Counted from the first letter of the stretch, positions 10,366-18,669 are shown. The stretch is DNA of 32,000 nucleotides from an uncultured Candidatus Saccharibacteria bacterium (GCA_964432405.1 CAYSNH010000003.1:3230-35229); one strand, 5' to 3'. Notes: a model not told the origin generated them from the letters alone. Made by a program: numbers and translations.

Positions 10366-11238
10366 ATGAAGAAGTTTCGACAAATATTATGGAAGGGTCT
10401 ATTTCGTCATATATTTGTTTTAGTCGACCTTGTATTCATGAGGGTTGATAAAAAATTCATAACCCTTTCTCCAGAGGTCGCGGAGGATCTTAGAATTATG
10501 AAGTTTACCCCTAACTTTCTTAAAAGATCGGGAGGTGATCGTTCTATTAGCTCTTATTCCGAATCAATCGGCGTCTTCAAAGTTTTAATAATCAATCTGC
10601 TACAAAACATACCCAGGCCCAAGATCCTTGATATTGGTTGTGGTAGCGGCTTGTTGGCTATTGCCAGCGAATCTTTAGTTAGAGACGGTGGTGAGTATAT
10701 TGGTTTGGATATTAAAGAGAGTGATATTGGGTATTGTAGAGAAAAATTTAAAGATTTTTTTAGTCATTCATTTATTCATCATTCGGTAAGAAATGCGGTT
10801 TATGCTCCAGGCCAAGATTCAAAACATCAACCCTGGGATATCCTTGATGAGAGTATCGATCTAGTTACCGCTAAATCTGTATGGACTCATCTCAATAAAA
10901 AAGATGCCATTTATTATTTTGGTGAGGTGAGCAGGGTTCTTAAACCAGGTGGCAAAGCCTTAATTTCTTTCTGTCTATTGGACGATAGCTATTATCAGCA
11001 AGTTAATAAGATAAAAAAACCTTGGGTTAGGTATAGTACACCTCTTTATGATTCTAAAGACTGGTTCACAGTTTCAAATATTAAAATTCCTGAATGTTGT
11101 ATAGGAATAACTGACAATGGGATTAAGGAGATGGCTGATTTGGCTGGATTGAGGCTTGTAAAAAAATATCCCGGTCAATGGAAAAGGAGTCCGGGGCTTT
11201 GGGGACAAGATATTTTAGTTTTTGAAAAAAATGTATAG
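10366..11238 (+). CDS. Class I SAM-dependent methyltransferase (substrate unknown)
   Basis: Motif I ILDIGCGSGLLA and post-motif VLKPGGKALISF. Start placed at the ATG (MKKFRQ) with GGAG 4 nt upstream, rather than the TTG at 10330. Confidence 0.75.
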   Translation: MKKFRQILWKGLFRHIFVLVDLVFMRVDKKFITLSPEVAEDLRIMKFTPNFLKRSGGDRSISSYSESIGVFKVLIINLLQNIPRPKILDIGCGSGLLAIASESLVRDGGEYIGLDIKESDIGYCREKFKDFFSHSFIHHSVRNAVYAPGQDSKHQPWDILDESIDLVTAKSVWTHLNKKDAIYYFGEVSRVLKPGGKALISFCLLDDSYYQQVNKIKKPWVRYSTPLYDSKDWFTVSNIKIPECCIGITDNGIKEMADLAGLRLVKKYPGQWKRSPGLWGQDILVFEKNV

Positions 11239-11240
11239 AA

Positions 11241-11951
11241 TTACTTCTTATTAACAATCTTTTTCATAAGCCAAACTAGAAAGATAATTAATACCGCAAA
11301 GAACAAGAGAGTTATAAGTAAGAAGACTAGCATGGTTGGGGTAGAGAATGCTGTAAAAGGAGATTTTTCAAAATAAATTTTAAGTTGAGGCATGGTCACT
11401 ATAGTATTTATTATCTCGTTTAAAGGGAATCGTTCTTTGGTCCCAATAACTAAAACGTACTTTCCTTCATTGTCCGAGCTAAAAACTTTAATGGTATACG
11501 ATCCCGCCTCAGCCTGCACTCCTTTTGGATGTAGTTCAGGATCACTGTCTTTTGATTGAAGGGCTGGGCCAGTGAAGTATTCGTCACCAGCATGTTGTTC
11601 ATAATAGGGAGTCCATTTATGAGTGGTCCCATCCAATAAAACTTTAAACTCTTCATGATTATGATCATCGTGATCATGAGGATCGTGATCTTTGGTAATT
11701 AGAACAGAAACATCTTTATCAATATTTGGCACGTCAGGAACTAAAATTCCTACATACAAATTAAAAGAATTTTCTGATTTTAGATTATATATATGAGGAG
11801 TGTTTGTAAGCTTGCCATAGAAGGCTTGTGAGGCTTCAGGGTTTTTAACATTAATAATACTTTCCTTAACTAGCCTAGGTTGATGAGCTTGAGCAAGAGA
11901 GGTTATTAATAATAAAAAAAATATCAAGAAAGTTGTTAATTTTTTATTCAT
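11241..11951 (-). CDS. Secreted, C-terminally membrane-anchored His-rich protein, hypothetical (possible metal binding)
   Basis: Signal peptide MNKKLTTFLIFFLLLITSLAQA, then HQPR. His/Asp cluster DHDPHDHDDHNHEE. C-terminal TM helix MLVFLLITLLFFAVLIIFLVWL followed by a basic tail. Confidence 0.7.
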   Translation of the reverse strand: MNKKLTTFLIFFLLLITSLAQAHQPRLVKESIINVKNPEASQAFYGKLTNTPHIYNLKSENSFNLYVGILVPDVPNIDKDVSVLITKDHDPHDHDDHNHEEFKVLLDGTTHKWTPYYEQHAGDEYFTGPALQSKDSDPELHPKGVQAEAGSYTIKVFSSDNEGKYVLVIGTKERFPLNEIINTIVTMPQLKIYFEKSPFTAFSTPTMLVFLLITLLFFAVLIIFLVWLMKKIVNKK

Positions 11952-12057
11952 AATAATTAGATTTTAACTTGTTTTGAAAAAAATTTAAATTTATTTCAAA
12001 TTAAAATAACCTCGAAATACTCGGGCCAGACTTCCTCTCTTATTTTTTTATAGGATG

Positions 12058-12369
12058 TTATAACGCATACCTATCTTCAACGTTTACTTTTAGTTTTGAT
12101 AGAACCGGATTAGGAATATTTTCTTCAACCAAATTAATTGATGCGTCAGATAAAATTTTATTTATATATTTTTGAATCATGGAAGGATCTTCACCAGAAG
12201 GTATTGCAAATCTTACAGACCCTTTAATCTCTTGGGCATTCTCTACAAGAACATTTCTTTTATTTTCTAAACAAAATTTTCTGATTCTTCCACGAAGCAT
12301 AACCCCAGTTATTGGAGTTGATTTAGTTCTAATTTCGTAAATATCCCACTTAAGTAGTTCTTGATACAT
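12058..12369 (-). CDS. Hypothetical protein, weak acylphosphatase-like pattern
   Basis: Start moved to the internal Met (MYQELLKW), because the longer ORF runs through tRNA-Ser. The pattern ITGVMLRGRIRKF...VENAQEIKGSVRFAI weakly resembles the acylphosphatase V-x-G-x-V-x-G...FR...G-x-V fold signature. Confidence 0.4.
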   Translation of the reverse strand: MYQELLKWDIYEIRTKSTPITGVMLRGRIRKFCLENKRNVLVENAQEIKGSVRFAIPSGEDPSMIQKYINKILSDASINLVEENIPNPVLSKLKVNVEDRYAL

Positions 12370-12405
12370 AAAAGTAAGGACTGTTATAATTTTATGAAAA
12401 ATTCT

Positions 12406-12497
<92 letters not shown>

Positions 12498-12584
12498 TGG
12501 AGCTTCTCTATAATAGCATTTTTAGCGATATTTTCAATAGTAACATTGCCTAAATCTTAATTTTGTGGCAAAATTGTTCCTATT

Positions 12585-14063
12585 ATGAAGCGTCCACCAA
12601 TTGTGGTGGTCATGGGCCATGTTGATCATGGTAAGACCGCCTTATTAGATTACATTAGAAAAACTAATTTAGCCGCCAAAGAGGCCGGTCAAATTACGCA
12701 ATCAATTGGCGCTTACGAAATCAAGCATCAGGATAATAAAATAACCTTTATCGATACCCCTGGTCACGAGGCTTTTTCTCAAATGAGAGAGCGGGGTAGT
12801 CAGATCGCTGACATGGCCATCTTGATTGTAGCTGCTGATGAAGGAGTAAAGCAGCAAACCAAGGAGGCGTACAAGATAATTAAAGAGAGCAAGACTCCGT
12901 TTATTGTTGCGGTTAATAAGATTGATAAATCTAATGCTGACATTAATCGTGTTAAGAATGAATTAGCTCAAGAAGCTGTTCTTTTGGAAGGAGCTGGTGG
13001 AGATGTTAGTTGGCAAGCTATTTCTGCTCAGACTGGAGAGGGTATTAATGAGCTACTCGATTTAATTTTATTAGTAGCAGAGGTTGAAGACCTTCAATGT
13101 GATACAGAGAGTCATGGACAGGGATTTATTCTTGAGTCTCACATGGATAGTCGTCGGGGAGTTGTGGCTTCTGTGATTGTTAAGGACGGTTCTTTAAAAG
13201 AGGGTGATGAGATTGCTACTCATAACGTGCAAACCAAGATTCGTTCTATGGAAGATTTTACAGGCAAGAAAATTAAAGCGGCTGAGCCATCTGCCCCCGT
13301 TCTTATTCTGGGTTTTTCAGAGGCACCTACCATCGGCACTGAGTTCATTGTTGGCACTTCAACATTATTTCAAAAACTAGCTAGTTCAATTAAAGCTGGT
13401 CATGAAGAGGTGGAAAAAGTAGCTGCTCACCTATCATCTCCCTTAGCTAAGGCGGATGATAAAAATGTTATCAATGTTATTTTAAAGGCTAATGACAGTG
13501 GTTCCCTAGAGGCTCTTTCTGGTGTAATTAGCGCCCTACCATTACCAGAAGATCATTTGTTAAATATTATTAATCAAGGCGTTGGCGATATAACTGATGG
13601 TGATATTAAATTAGCTGCTGGAACTAATTCATTAGTATTAGGATTTAATATTAAGATTAGTAAGGCTGGTGAAAGTATCTTGAAAAGTGGTGGCGGTGAA
13701 AAGGTTGAGGTTCTAACTTCTAATATTATTTATGAATTAGTTAAGGACTTTGAGGATTTTCTTAAAAAATTTAAACAAGCTAAAATTTTAGGAGATCTAG
13801 AAATCTTAGCTGTGTTTGATAAGAGGTCTAAGAGTCGTCAGGTTATTGGTGGTAAGGTTGTTGAGGGAGAGATTACCAACAACGCCGATTGCCTCATTAT
13901 GAGACGAGATAAAGTTATTGATACAGGGCGGATTATCAATTTGCAAAGAAATAAGGAAGATGCTAATAAAGTAGAAGCTGGTAATGAGTGTGGTCTCTTA
14001 ATTAATACCGAGACCGAAATCAGAGCCGGTGATCATTTAGTCATTAATGAAGACATTTCGTAA
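12585..14063 (+). CDS. infB: Translation initiation factor IF-2, short form (starts at the G domain)
   Basis: 492 aa. Contains RPPIVVVMGHVDHGKTALLD (G1), DTPGHEAF (G3) and NKIDK (G4), followed by domain II and C1/C2-like regions. tRNA-Ser ends 87 nt upstream, so an N-terminal extension is not possible. Confidence 0.9.
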   Translation: MKRPPIVVVMGHVDHGKTALLDYIRKTNLAAKEAGQITQSIGAYEIKHQDNKITFIDTPGHEAFSQMRERGSQIADMAILIVAADEGVKQQTKEAYKIIKESKTPFIVAVNKIDKSNADINRVKNELAQEAVLLEGAGGDVSWQAISAQTGEGINELLDLILLVAEVEDLQCDTESHGQGFILESHMDSRRGVVASVIVKDGSLKEGDEIATHNVQTKIRSMEDFTGKKIKAAEPSAPVLILGFSEAPTIGTEFIVGTSTLFQKLASSIKAGHEEVEKVAAHLSSPLAKADDKNVINVILKANDSGSLEALSGVISALPLPEDHLLNIINQGVGDITDGDIKLAAGTNSLVLGFNIKISKAGESILKSGGGEKVEVLTSNIIYELVKDFEDFLKKFKQAKILGDLEILAVFDKRSKSRQVIGGKVVEGEITNNADCLIMRRDKVIDTGRIINLQRNKEDANKVEAGNECGLLINTETEIRAGDHLVINEDIS

Positions 14064-14397
14064 GGAAAGATTAAATAATTTAATTCTAGAGGAGCTCAGC
14101 AAGTTAATTGCTCGCGAATTAGAATTTGGTGAATCTTTGGCAACTTTAACTTATGCTGAAATTTCAGCAAAGATGGAAACTGCTCGAGTAGGGGTTAGCG
14201 TTATCCCCTCGAACAAATCAGAAGAGGTATTAAAAATATTGCAAAAAGCTCAACCAGAGTTACAATACTTATTAGTCAAGAAGCTATCGATCAGACATGT
14301 TCCGGAGATAGTTTTTGAGATTGATTCTGGATACGAAGATGCGGCAGGTATTGAAAAATCTTTAATGAAAGATGAAAATATATTAGACGAAGAATAG
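14047..14397 (+). CDS. rbfA: Ribosome-binding factor A
   Basis: 116 aa. Contains RKERLNNLILEELSKLIARELE and a KH-like core. Canonical infB-rbfA order with a 17-nt overlap. Confidence 0.8.
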   Translation: MKTFRKERLNNLILEELSKLIARELEFGESLATLTYAEISAKMETARVGVSVIPSNKSEEVLKILQKAQPELQYLLVKKLSIRHVPEIVFEIDSGYEDAAGIEKSLMKDENILDEE

Positions 14398-14471
14398 GCG
14401 CTGTAGCCAAGTGGTAAGGCAGGAGTCTGCAAAACTCTTATACGTGGGTTCGATTCCCACCGGCGCCTCCA
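14397..14471 (+). tRNA. tRNA-Cys (anticodon GCA), CCA encoded
   Basis: GGCGCTG TA GCCA AGTGGTA AGGC A GGAGT CTGCAAA ACTCT TATAC GTGGG TTCGATT CCCAC CGGCGCC T CCA. Its first G is the last base of the rbfA TAG stop. Confidence 0.85.
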
Positions 14472-14474
14472 AAT

Positions 14475-14558
14475 GCCCGGGTGGCGGAATTGGCAGACGC
14501 GACGGACTTAAGATCCGTTACTCGCAAGAGTGTGTGGGTTCGACTCCCACCCCGGGCA
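14475..14558 (+). tRNA. tRNA-Leu (anticodon UAA), long variable arm, no encoded CCA
   Basis: Acceptor GCCCGGG/CCCGGGC, anticodon arm ACGGA CTTAAGA TCCGT, variable arm TACTCGCAAGAGTGT, T arm GTGGG TTCGACT CCCAC. Confidence 0.85.
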
Positions 14559-14664
14559 CAATATAGACATTTTTATTTATATGTGGCAATATATCAGAAC
14601 TTCCATTTAGGATAGTCCTAATATTTTGGAATTGCACTTTGGAATTTTTGTTAGAGGAAATGAG

Positions 14665-15207
14665 ATGGCTAAGAAAAAAGCAGCAAAGAGAACTGTGGTG
14701 GTAGTTCCATGTGATGAGGGTGAAGCTAATAAGGCGATTGCCAGGGTTGGAGATTGTCAAAGAAAGATCGCGCGGGTCAATCAGTGGCTTAACGATCGCA
14801 TTCAAAAGCTCAAAGATGAGGCGGAAGACAAAATTAGAGTCATCAGTGATGAAATCACTAATGAGGTAGATGGTCTCTTCGCCTTTGCTCAAGCTCATCG
14901 CGATGATCTGACTGATGGCGGCAAAACCAAAACGGTTAAGTTGCCTAACGGAGAACTAGCTTGGCGAACAACGCCGCCAGCAGTGAGTGTTCGTGGTATT
15001 CAGGCGGCAGTCGAAAACTTTGAAAGGCTTGGCCTTCATCAATTCGTCCGCACCAAAAAAGAAGTGGATAAGGAAGCTGTCCTGAGAGAAAGTGAGCTCA
15101 TCGAAGGAATTAAGGGGGTTTCTATCTCACAAAGGGAAGAGTTTGTTGTTAAGCCTGCTGAGGCTGATGCGGAAATCATCAAAAAGCTCAAAAAGGCTAA
15201 AAAATAA
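14665..15207 (+). CDS. gam: Bacteriophage Mu Gam-like protein (Ku-like dsDNA-end binding, host-nuclease inhibitor)
   Basis: Long colinear match to my recollection of Mu Gam. AHRDDLTDGGKTKTVKLPNGELAWRTTPPAVSVRGIQAAVENFERLGLHQFVRTKKEVDKEAVL aligns with Mu ANRDELTNGGKVKTANLVTGDVSWRVRPPSVSIRGMDAVMETLERLGLQRFIRTKQEINKEAIL. Start set at MAKKKAAKR with GAGGAA upstream. Confidence 0.88.
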   Translation: MAKKKAAKRTVVVVPCDEGEANKAIARVGDCQRKIARVNQWLNDRIQKLKDEAEDKIRVISDEITNEVDGLFAFAQAHRDDLTDGGKTKTVKLPNGELAWRTTPPAVSVRGIQAAVENFERLGLHQFVRTKKEVDKEAVLRESELIEGIKGVSISQREEFVVKPAEADAEIIKKLKKAKK

Positions 15208-15226
15208 GGTTTTTTCGTTCATTTTC

Positions 15227-15255
15227 TTGACAAAAACCGATTTGTGACATATACT
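15227..15255 (+). promoter_or_regulatory. Sigma70-like promoter TTGACA-N17-TATACT
   Basis: Perfect -35 hexamer, 17-nt spacer and a 5/6 match at -10, in the gam/3D-gene intergenic region. Confidence 0.5.
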
Positions 15256-15277
15256 TGAAACAAGTCAAATAAAAAAG

Positions 15278-15302
15278 AATATCCCGAAAGGGATATTTTT
15301 TA
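15278..15302 (+). terminator. Rho-independent terminator (GAAA tetraloop hairpin)
   Basis: aatatccc-gaaa-gggatatt forms an 8-bp stem followed by TTTTT. Lies downstream of gam but also downstream of the promoter at 15227. Confidence 0.7.
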
Positions 15303-15313
15303 TATTTAAATTT

Positions 15314-15805
15314 ATGAAACCCAACAATAACTCAGACTATAATATATCAAGATGGAGTCATTTATTGGCCCACGGCTTCTTTTTCATAGCCATTACTTCT
15401 AATTTGATGCCCGCCTTGACCACTATCTCTTCTACCTTAGAATGGGCTGGTGTAGGAGGTGATATTGTTGAGGCTATTAAATTAAAAGCTGAGGAGTCTA
15501 AATACGAGAAAGTTGAGGTTATTGCCACTGCTTACTCCTCTACCCCGGATCAAACTGACAGCACTCCATTTATTACCGCTGCTAATACTCATGTTCGTGA
15601 TGGTATTGTGGCAGCTAACTTCTTAAAGATGTATACGCAAATTAAAATTCCTTCATTATACGGTGATAAGATATTTACCGTAGAGGATCGAATGAATAGG
15701 AGATATAATGAGGTCATCCCTCCTCGAATTGATCTCTGGATGGAAGGACGTAGTCAGGCTATAAAGTTCGGTATTAAAAAATTAGAGATTCTTGTCTTGA
15801 AATAA
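15314..15805 (+). CDS. 3D-domain (MltA/RlpA-like double-psi beta-barrel) cell-wall protein, membrane anchored
   Basis: 163 aa with an N-terminal TM helix. Contains ATAYSSTPDQTDSTPFITAANTHVRDGIVAAN ... FTVEDRMNRRY ... IDLWM, typical of 3D-domain proteins. Confidence 0.75.
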   Translation: MKPNNNSDYNISRWSHLLAHGFFFIAITSNLMPALTTISSTLEWAGVGGDIVEAIKLKAEESKYEKVEVIATAYSSTPDQTDSTPFITAANTHVRDGIVAANFLKMYTQIKIPSLYGDKIFTVEDRMNRRYNEVIPPRIDLWMEGRSQAIKFGIKKLEILVLK

Positions 15806-15828
15806 AAATCCCCCGAAAGGGGATTTTT
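15804..15828. terminator. Bidirectional hairpin terminator between convergent genes
   Basis: aaaaatcccc-cgaaa-ggggattttt is flanked by an A-run and a T-run. Sits between the 3D-gene stop (15805) and the prsW stop (15831). Confidence 0.7.
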
Positions 15829-15830
15829 AG

Positions 15831-16499
15831 TTATACGAGAGTGATAGGTTCTCGTTTCAGTTTTTCAAAATCACCTAGTACAAAAAAGGCTATAAATATT
15901 AGAAAGAGAGTCACTTGAAAAGTTGGCCCATATATTAATATCAAGGCATTAAAGATGCTGTGAAGAAGGGTGGCAACAAACCAACCGGCAGCAATAAAAC
16001 TGGCCACCGCTTTTTTCAATATGCCCAAGGCCCAGTAATAACCAATCAATCCAGAACTTAGAGTATGGAGGAAGGTGGCTCCCAAGAATCTTAACGTTAC
16101 TATTTCAAAGCCATTTGTCGCCCTCCCCACAGAGGCTATATTTTCTACGGTAGCAAAACCAAGAGCCGCTATAATCATATAGATCATTGCATCAATCGGC
16201 TCATCAAAGTCTTTTCTTCTACTTACCCATAAGAAAACAACTAAGAATTTAAAGAACTCCTCAATACCAGCTAACCAGAAGATGGAAAAAGGGCTGTAGT
16301 CTCTTATTCCCAAGGAGGTAAAGATGTCACTAAAGATGATTTGAAATTGAAGAGTCACAAAAGCAACCGCTCCACCTAATATGAAAGTAGAGAGGATTAA
16401 TCTTTTTGGCTCAGGCCTTTTTTTATCTTCCTGTAAAAAAAAGATCATCCAGATGATGGCTGGCAATAAACCTAAACTAACAGAGAACCAATTTACCAT
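15831..16499 (-). CDS. prsW: PrsW-family intramembrane metalloprotease
   Basis: 222 aa, polytopic. Contains EEFFKFLVV, FATVENI and a HTLSSG-type His motif. The ATG overlaps the valS stop (ATGGTAA). Confidence 0.8.
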   Translation of the reverse strand: MVNWFSVSLGLLPAIIWMIFFLQEDKKRPEPKRLILSTFILGGAVAFVTLQFQIIFSDIFTSLGIRDYSPFSIFWLAGIEEFFKFLVVFLWVSRRKDFDEPIDAMIYMIIAALGFATVENIASVGRATNGFEIVTLRFLGATFLHTLSSGLIGYYWALGILKKAVASFIAAGWFVATLLHSIFNALILIYGPTFQVTLFLIFIAFFVLGDFEKLKREPITLV

Positions 16500-18634
16500 T
16501 TTTTAATCATTAATAGCTTCTTATCTTTAATAGGAAGAGATTGATAGACTTCTTCCGTAACAAAAGGCATGAATGGATGAGCTAATTTAAGTGACTCAAC
16601 CAATACATAGAAGAGGACGTTACTAGTTTCCTTACTCGGATTATCCTTTGCCTTTTCTAGACACACGTCACAATAATTATGCCAGAAAAATTCATAAAAC
16701 TTATGCAGTGCCTGACCAAACTGATAATTGCCTAGATCTTTTTCAATTCCCTTTCTAGTTTTTTCTAGTTGAGCAAGTATTTTTTTATTAAATGATTTGG
16801 TAGCACGCGGTTTTTTTAGATTAACGCTAAAGGTTTCCTTTTTATCAATTTGTCCCATAACAAATCTGGTAGCATTCCAGATTTTATTGGTAAATTTTTT
16901 ACCAGCCACAACCGCTGACTCATCCCAACGTATATCTTGTGTTCCCATCGACTGCCAGATAATACCAAAACGAGTAGCATCAGCACCGTATTGATCAATG
17001 AGGTCAAGAGGATCTATTCCAGTACCCAAGCTCTTAGACATCCGTTGGCCATTTTTAGTTAAAATAGTTCCATGGATGAGAACAGTCTCAAAAGGAGTTT
17101 TATTTTTAAACTCTATACCAGAGAAAACCATTCTCCCTACCCAGAGATTAATAATGTCTCGGGCGGTTGTGAGGACAGATGAGGGATAAAAATCTTTTTG
17201 ATCCTTTTTACTCAAACCAGCAAAAGGCCAGAGAGCAGAGGAGAACCAGGTATCCAAAACATCTTCAGATTGTTGCAACTTGCACTTCTTGCAAACAGAA
17301 CATTTAGTCGGCTTTTTAATTGAAACAATAAATTCGTCTTCATTATTTTCACAAAACCAAACTGGTAACTGGTGACCCCACCAAAGTTGACGAGAGACGC
17401 ACCAGTCACGAATATTATTTAACCAACTAAAGTAACCTTTCTCAAAGTTCTTTGGTAGAATAACAGTCTTCTTTTTCTTTATCACTTGCGTAGCCACCTT
17501 AGCTAAGTCATCCATCTTCATAAACCATTGCTTTGAAGGTAGTGGTTCAATGGTTGAGCTGCAACGATAGCAAGTGGCTGCACGGTGATGATAAGGCTCT
17601 TCCTTTATAAGAAGATCGATAGCCTTCAAATCTTTAACAACTCTATCTCGAGCCTCTTTGGTTTTCATTCCTTCATACTTACCGGCTCCCTCACTCATCT
17701 TGCCGCGCCTATCAATTACCTGAACTATTGGTAGATCATGACGTTGAGAAATCTCAAAGTCTAAGATGTCATGAGCAGGAGTGACTTTCAAAGCCCCGGT
17801 GCCAAAATCAGGATCAACAGCTAAGTCGCCAACAACCTTAAGTTTAATTTTTATTTTTCTTGGTTCGTCTAACTCGCCATCGGTGGCTAAAGTTTCAATC
17901 TCCACTTCTTTACCAATATATTTTTTATATCTCTTGTCTTTTGGATTAACTGCTAAAGCAGTATCACCGAATTTTGTTTCTGGTCGTGTGGTAGCGACAA
18001 CAAAAGGGCCGTACTTGATGTGATAGAGAGTACTCCCTTCTTCTCGGTACTCCACTTCTAGGTCGGATAGACTAGTGTGACAACGAGGACACCAGTTAAT
18101 AGTTCTTAGGCCACGATAGATTAATCCTTTCTTATAATAATGAACAAAGGTTTCTAAAACATCTTTGCTGTATTGAGGGTCCATGGTGAAGCGATTGCGA
18201 GACCAGTCACAAGAAGCCCCTAATTTTTTTAACTGATCTAAAATAATCTCACCGTGCTCTTCTTTCCAGCTCCAAACTTCCTTTAAAAACTTTTCTCTGC
18301 CAAGTTCTAGTTTATTAATACCTTTTCTACTCAATTTTTTTTCTACCACTCTCTGAGTAGCGATACCAGCATGGTCTATTCCTGGAAGCCAAGCGGCCAA
18401 AGAACCTTTCATTCTTTGCCAACGAATTAAAACATCACTGCTGGTAGCATTAAGAGCGTGTCCCATATGTAATGAGCCAGTAACGTTAGGTGGAGGAAGT
18501 AAAATAACAAAAGGTTTTTTGGCGCCGGTCTTTTTTAACTTGTCAGGATTAAAATAGCCCGACTTCATCCAAAACTTGTATATCTTCTCTTCAACCTCTT
18601 TAGGGTTATAAGGTTTCTTTTTTGGTTTAGCCAT
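16493..18634 (-). CDS. valS: Valyl-tRNA synthetase (short, 713 aa)
   Basis: Contains PPPNVTGSLHMGHALN (HIGH), an editing-domain region TRPETKFGDTALAV, RMSKSLGTG (KMSKS), and the Zn-like CPRCHT / CYRCSS motifs. Confidence 0.92.
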   Translation of the reverse strand: MAKPKKKPYNPKEVEEKIYKFWMKSGYFNPDKLKKTGAKKPFVILLPPPNVTGSLHMGHALNATSSDVLIRWQRMKGSLAAWLPGIDHAGIATQRVVEKKLSRKGINKLELGREKFLKEVWSWKEEHGEIILDQLKKLGASCDWSRNRFTMDPQYSKDVLETFVHYYKKGLIYRGLRTINWCPRCHTSLSDLEVEYREEGSTLYHIKYGPFVVATTRPETKFGDTALAVNPKDKRYKKYIGKEVEIETLATDGELDEPRKIKIKLKVVGDLAVDPDFGTGALKVTPAHDILDFEISQRHDLPIVQVIDRRGKMSEGAGKYEGMKTKEARDRVVKDLKAIDLLIKEEPYHHRAATCYRCSSTIEPLPSKQWFMKMDDLAKVATQVIKKKKTVILPKNFEKGYFSWLNNIRDWCVSRQLWWGHQLPVWFCENNEDEFIVSIKKPTKCSVCKKCKLQQSEDVLDTWFSSALWPFAGLSKKDQKDFYPSSVLTTARDIINLWVGRMVFSGIEFKNKTPFETVLIHGTILTKNGQRMSKSLGTGIDPLDLIDQYGADATRFGIIWQSMGTQDIRWDESAVVAGKKFTNKIWNATRFVMGQIDKKETFSVNLKKPRATKSFNKKILAQLEKTRKGIEKDLGNYQFGQALHKFYEFFWHNYCDVCLEKAKDNPSKETSNVLFYVLVESLKLAHPFMPFVTEEVYQSLPIKDKKLLMIKKW

Positions 18635-18669
18635 AATATTAACTAAGTATATTTATATGGTAGCAAAAA

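Noticed and set aside
14518-14898. 126-aa ORF on the - strand
   Set aside because: It overlaps tRNA-Leu and is antisense to the strongly supported gam homologue.
14559-15830. Intact Mu-like prophage or integrative island at tRNA-Leu
   Set aside because: Only gam is phage-like. The next gene (3D-domain) has host-like codon usage. I found no integrase or transposase and no duplicated tRNA 3' end downstream.
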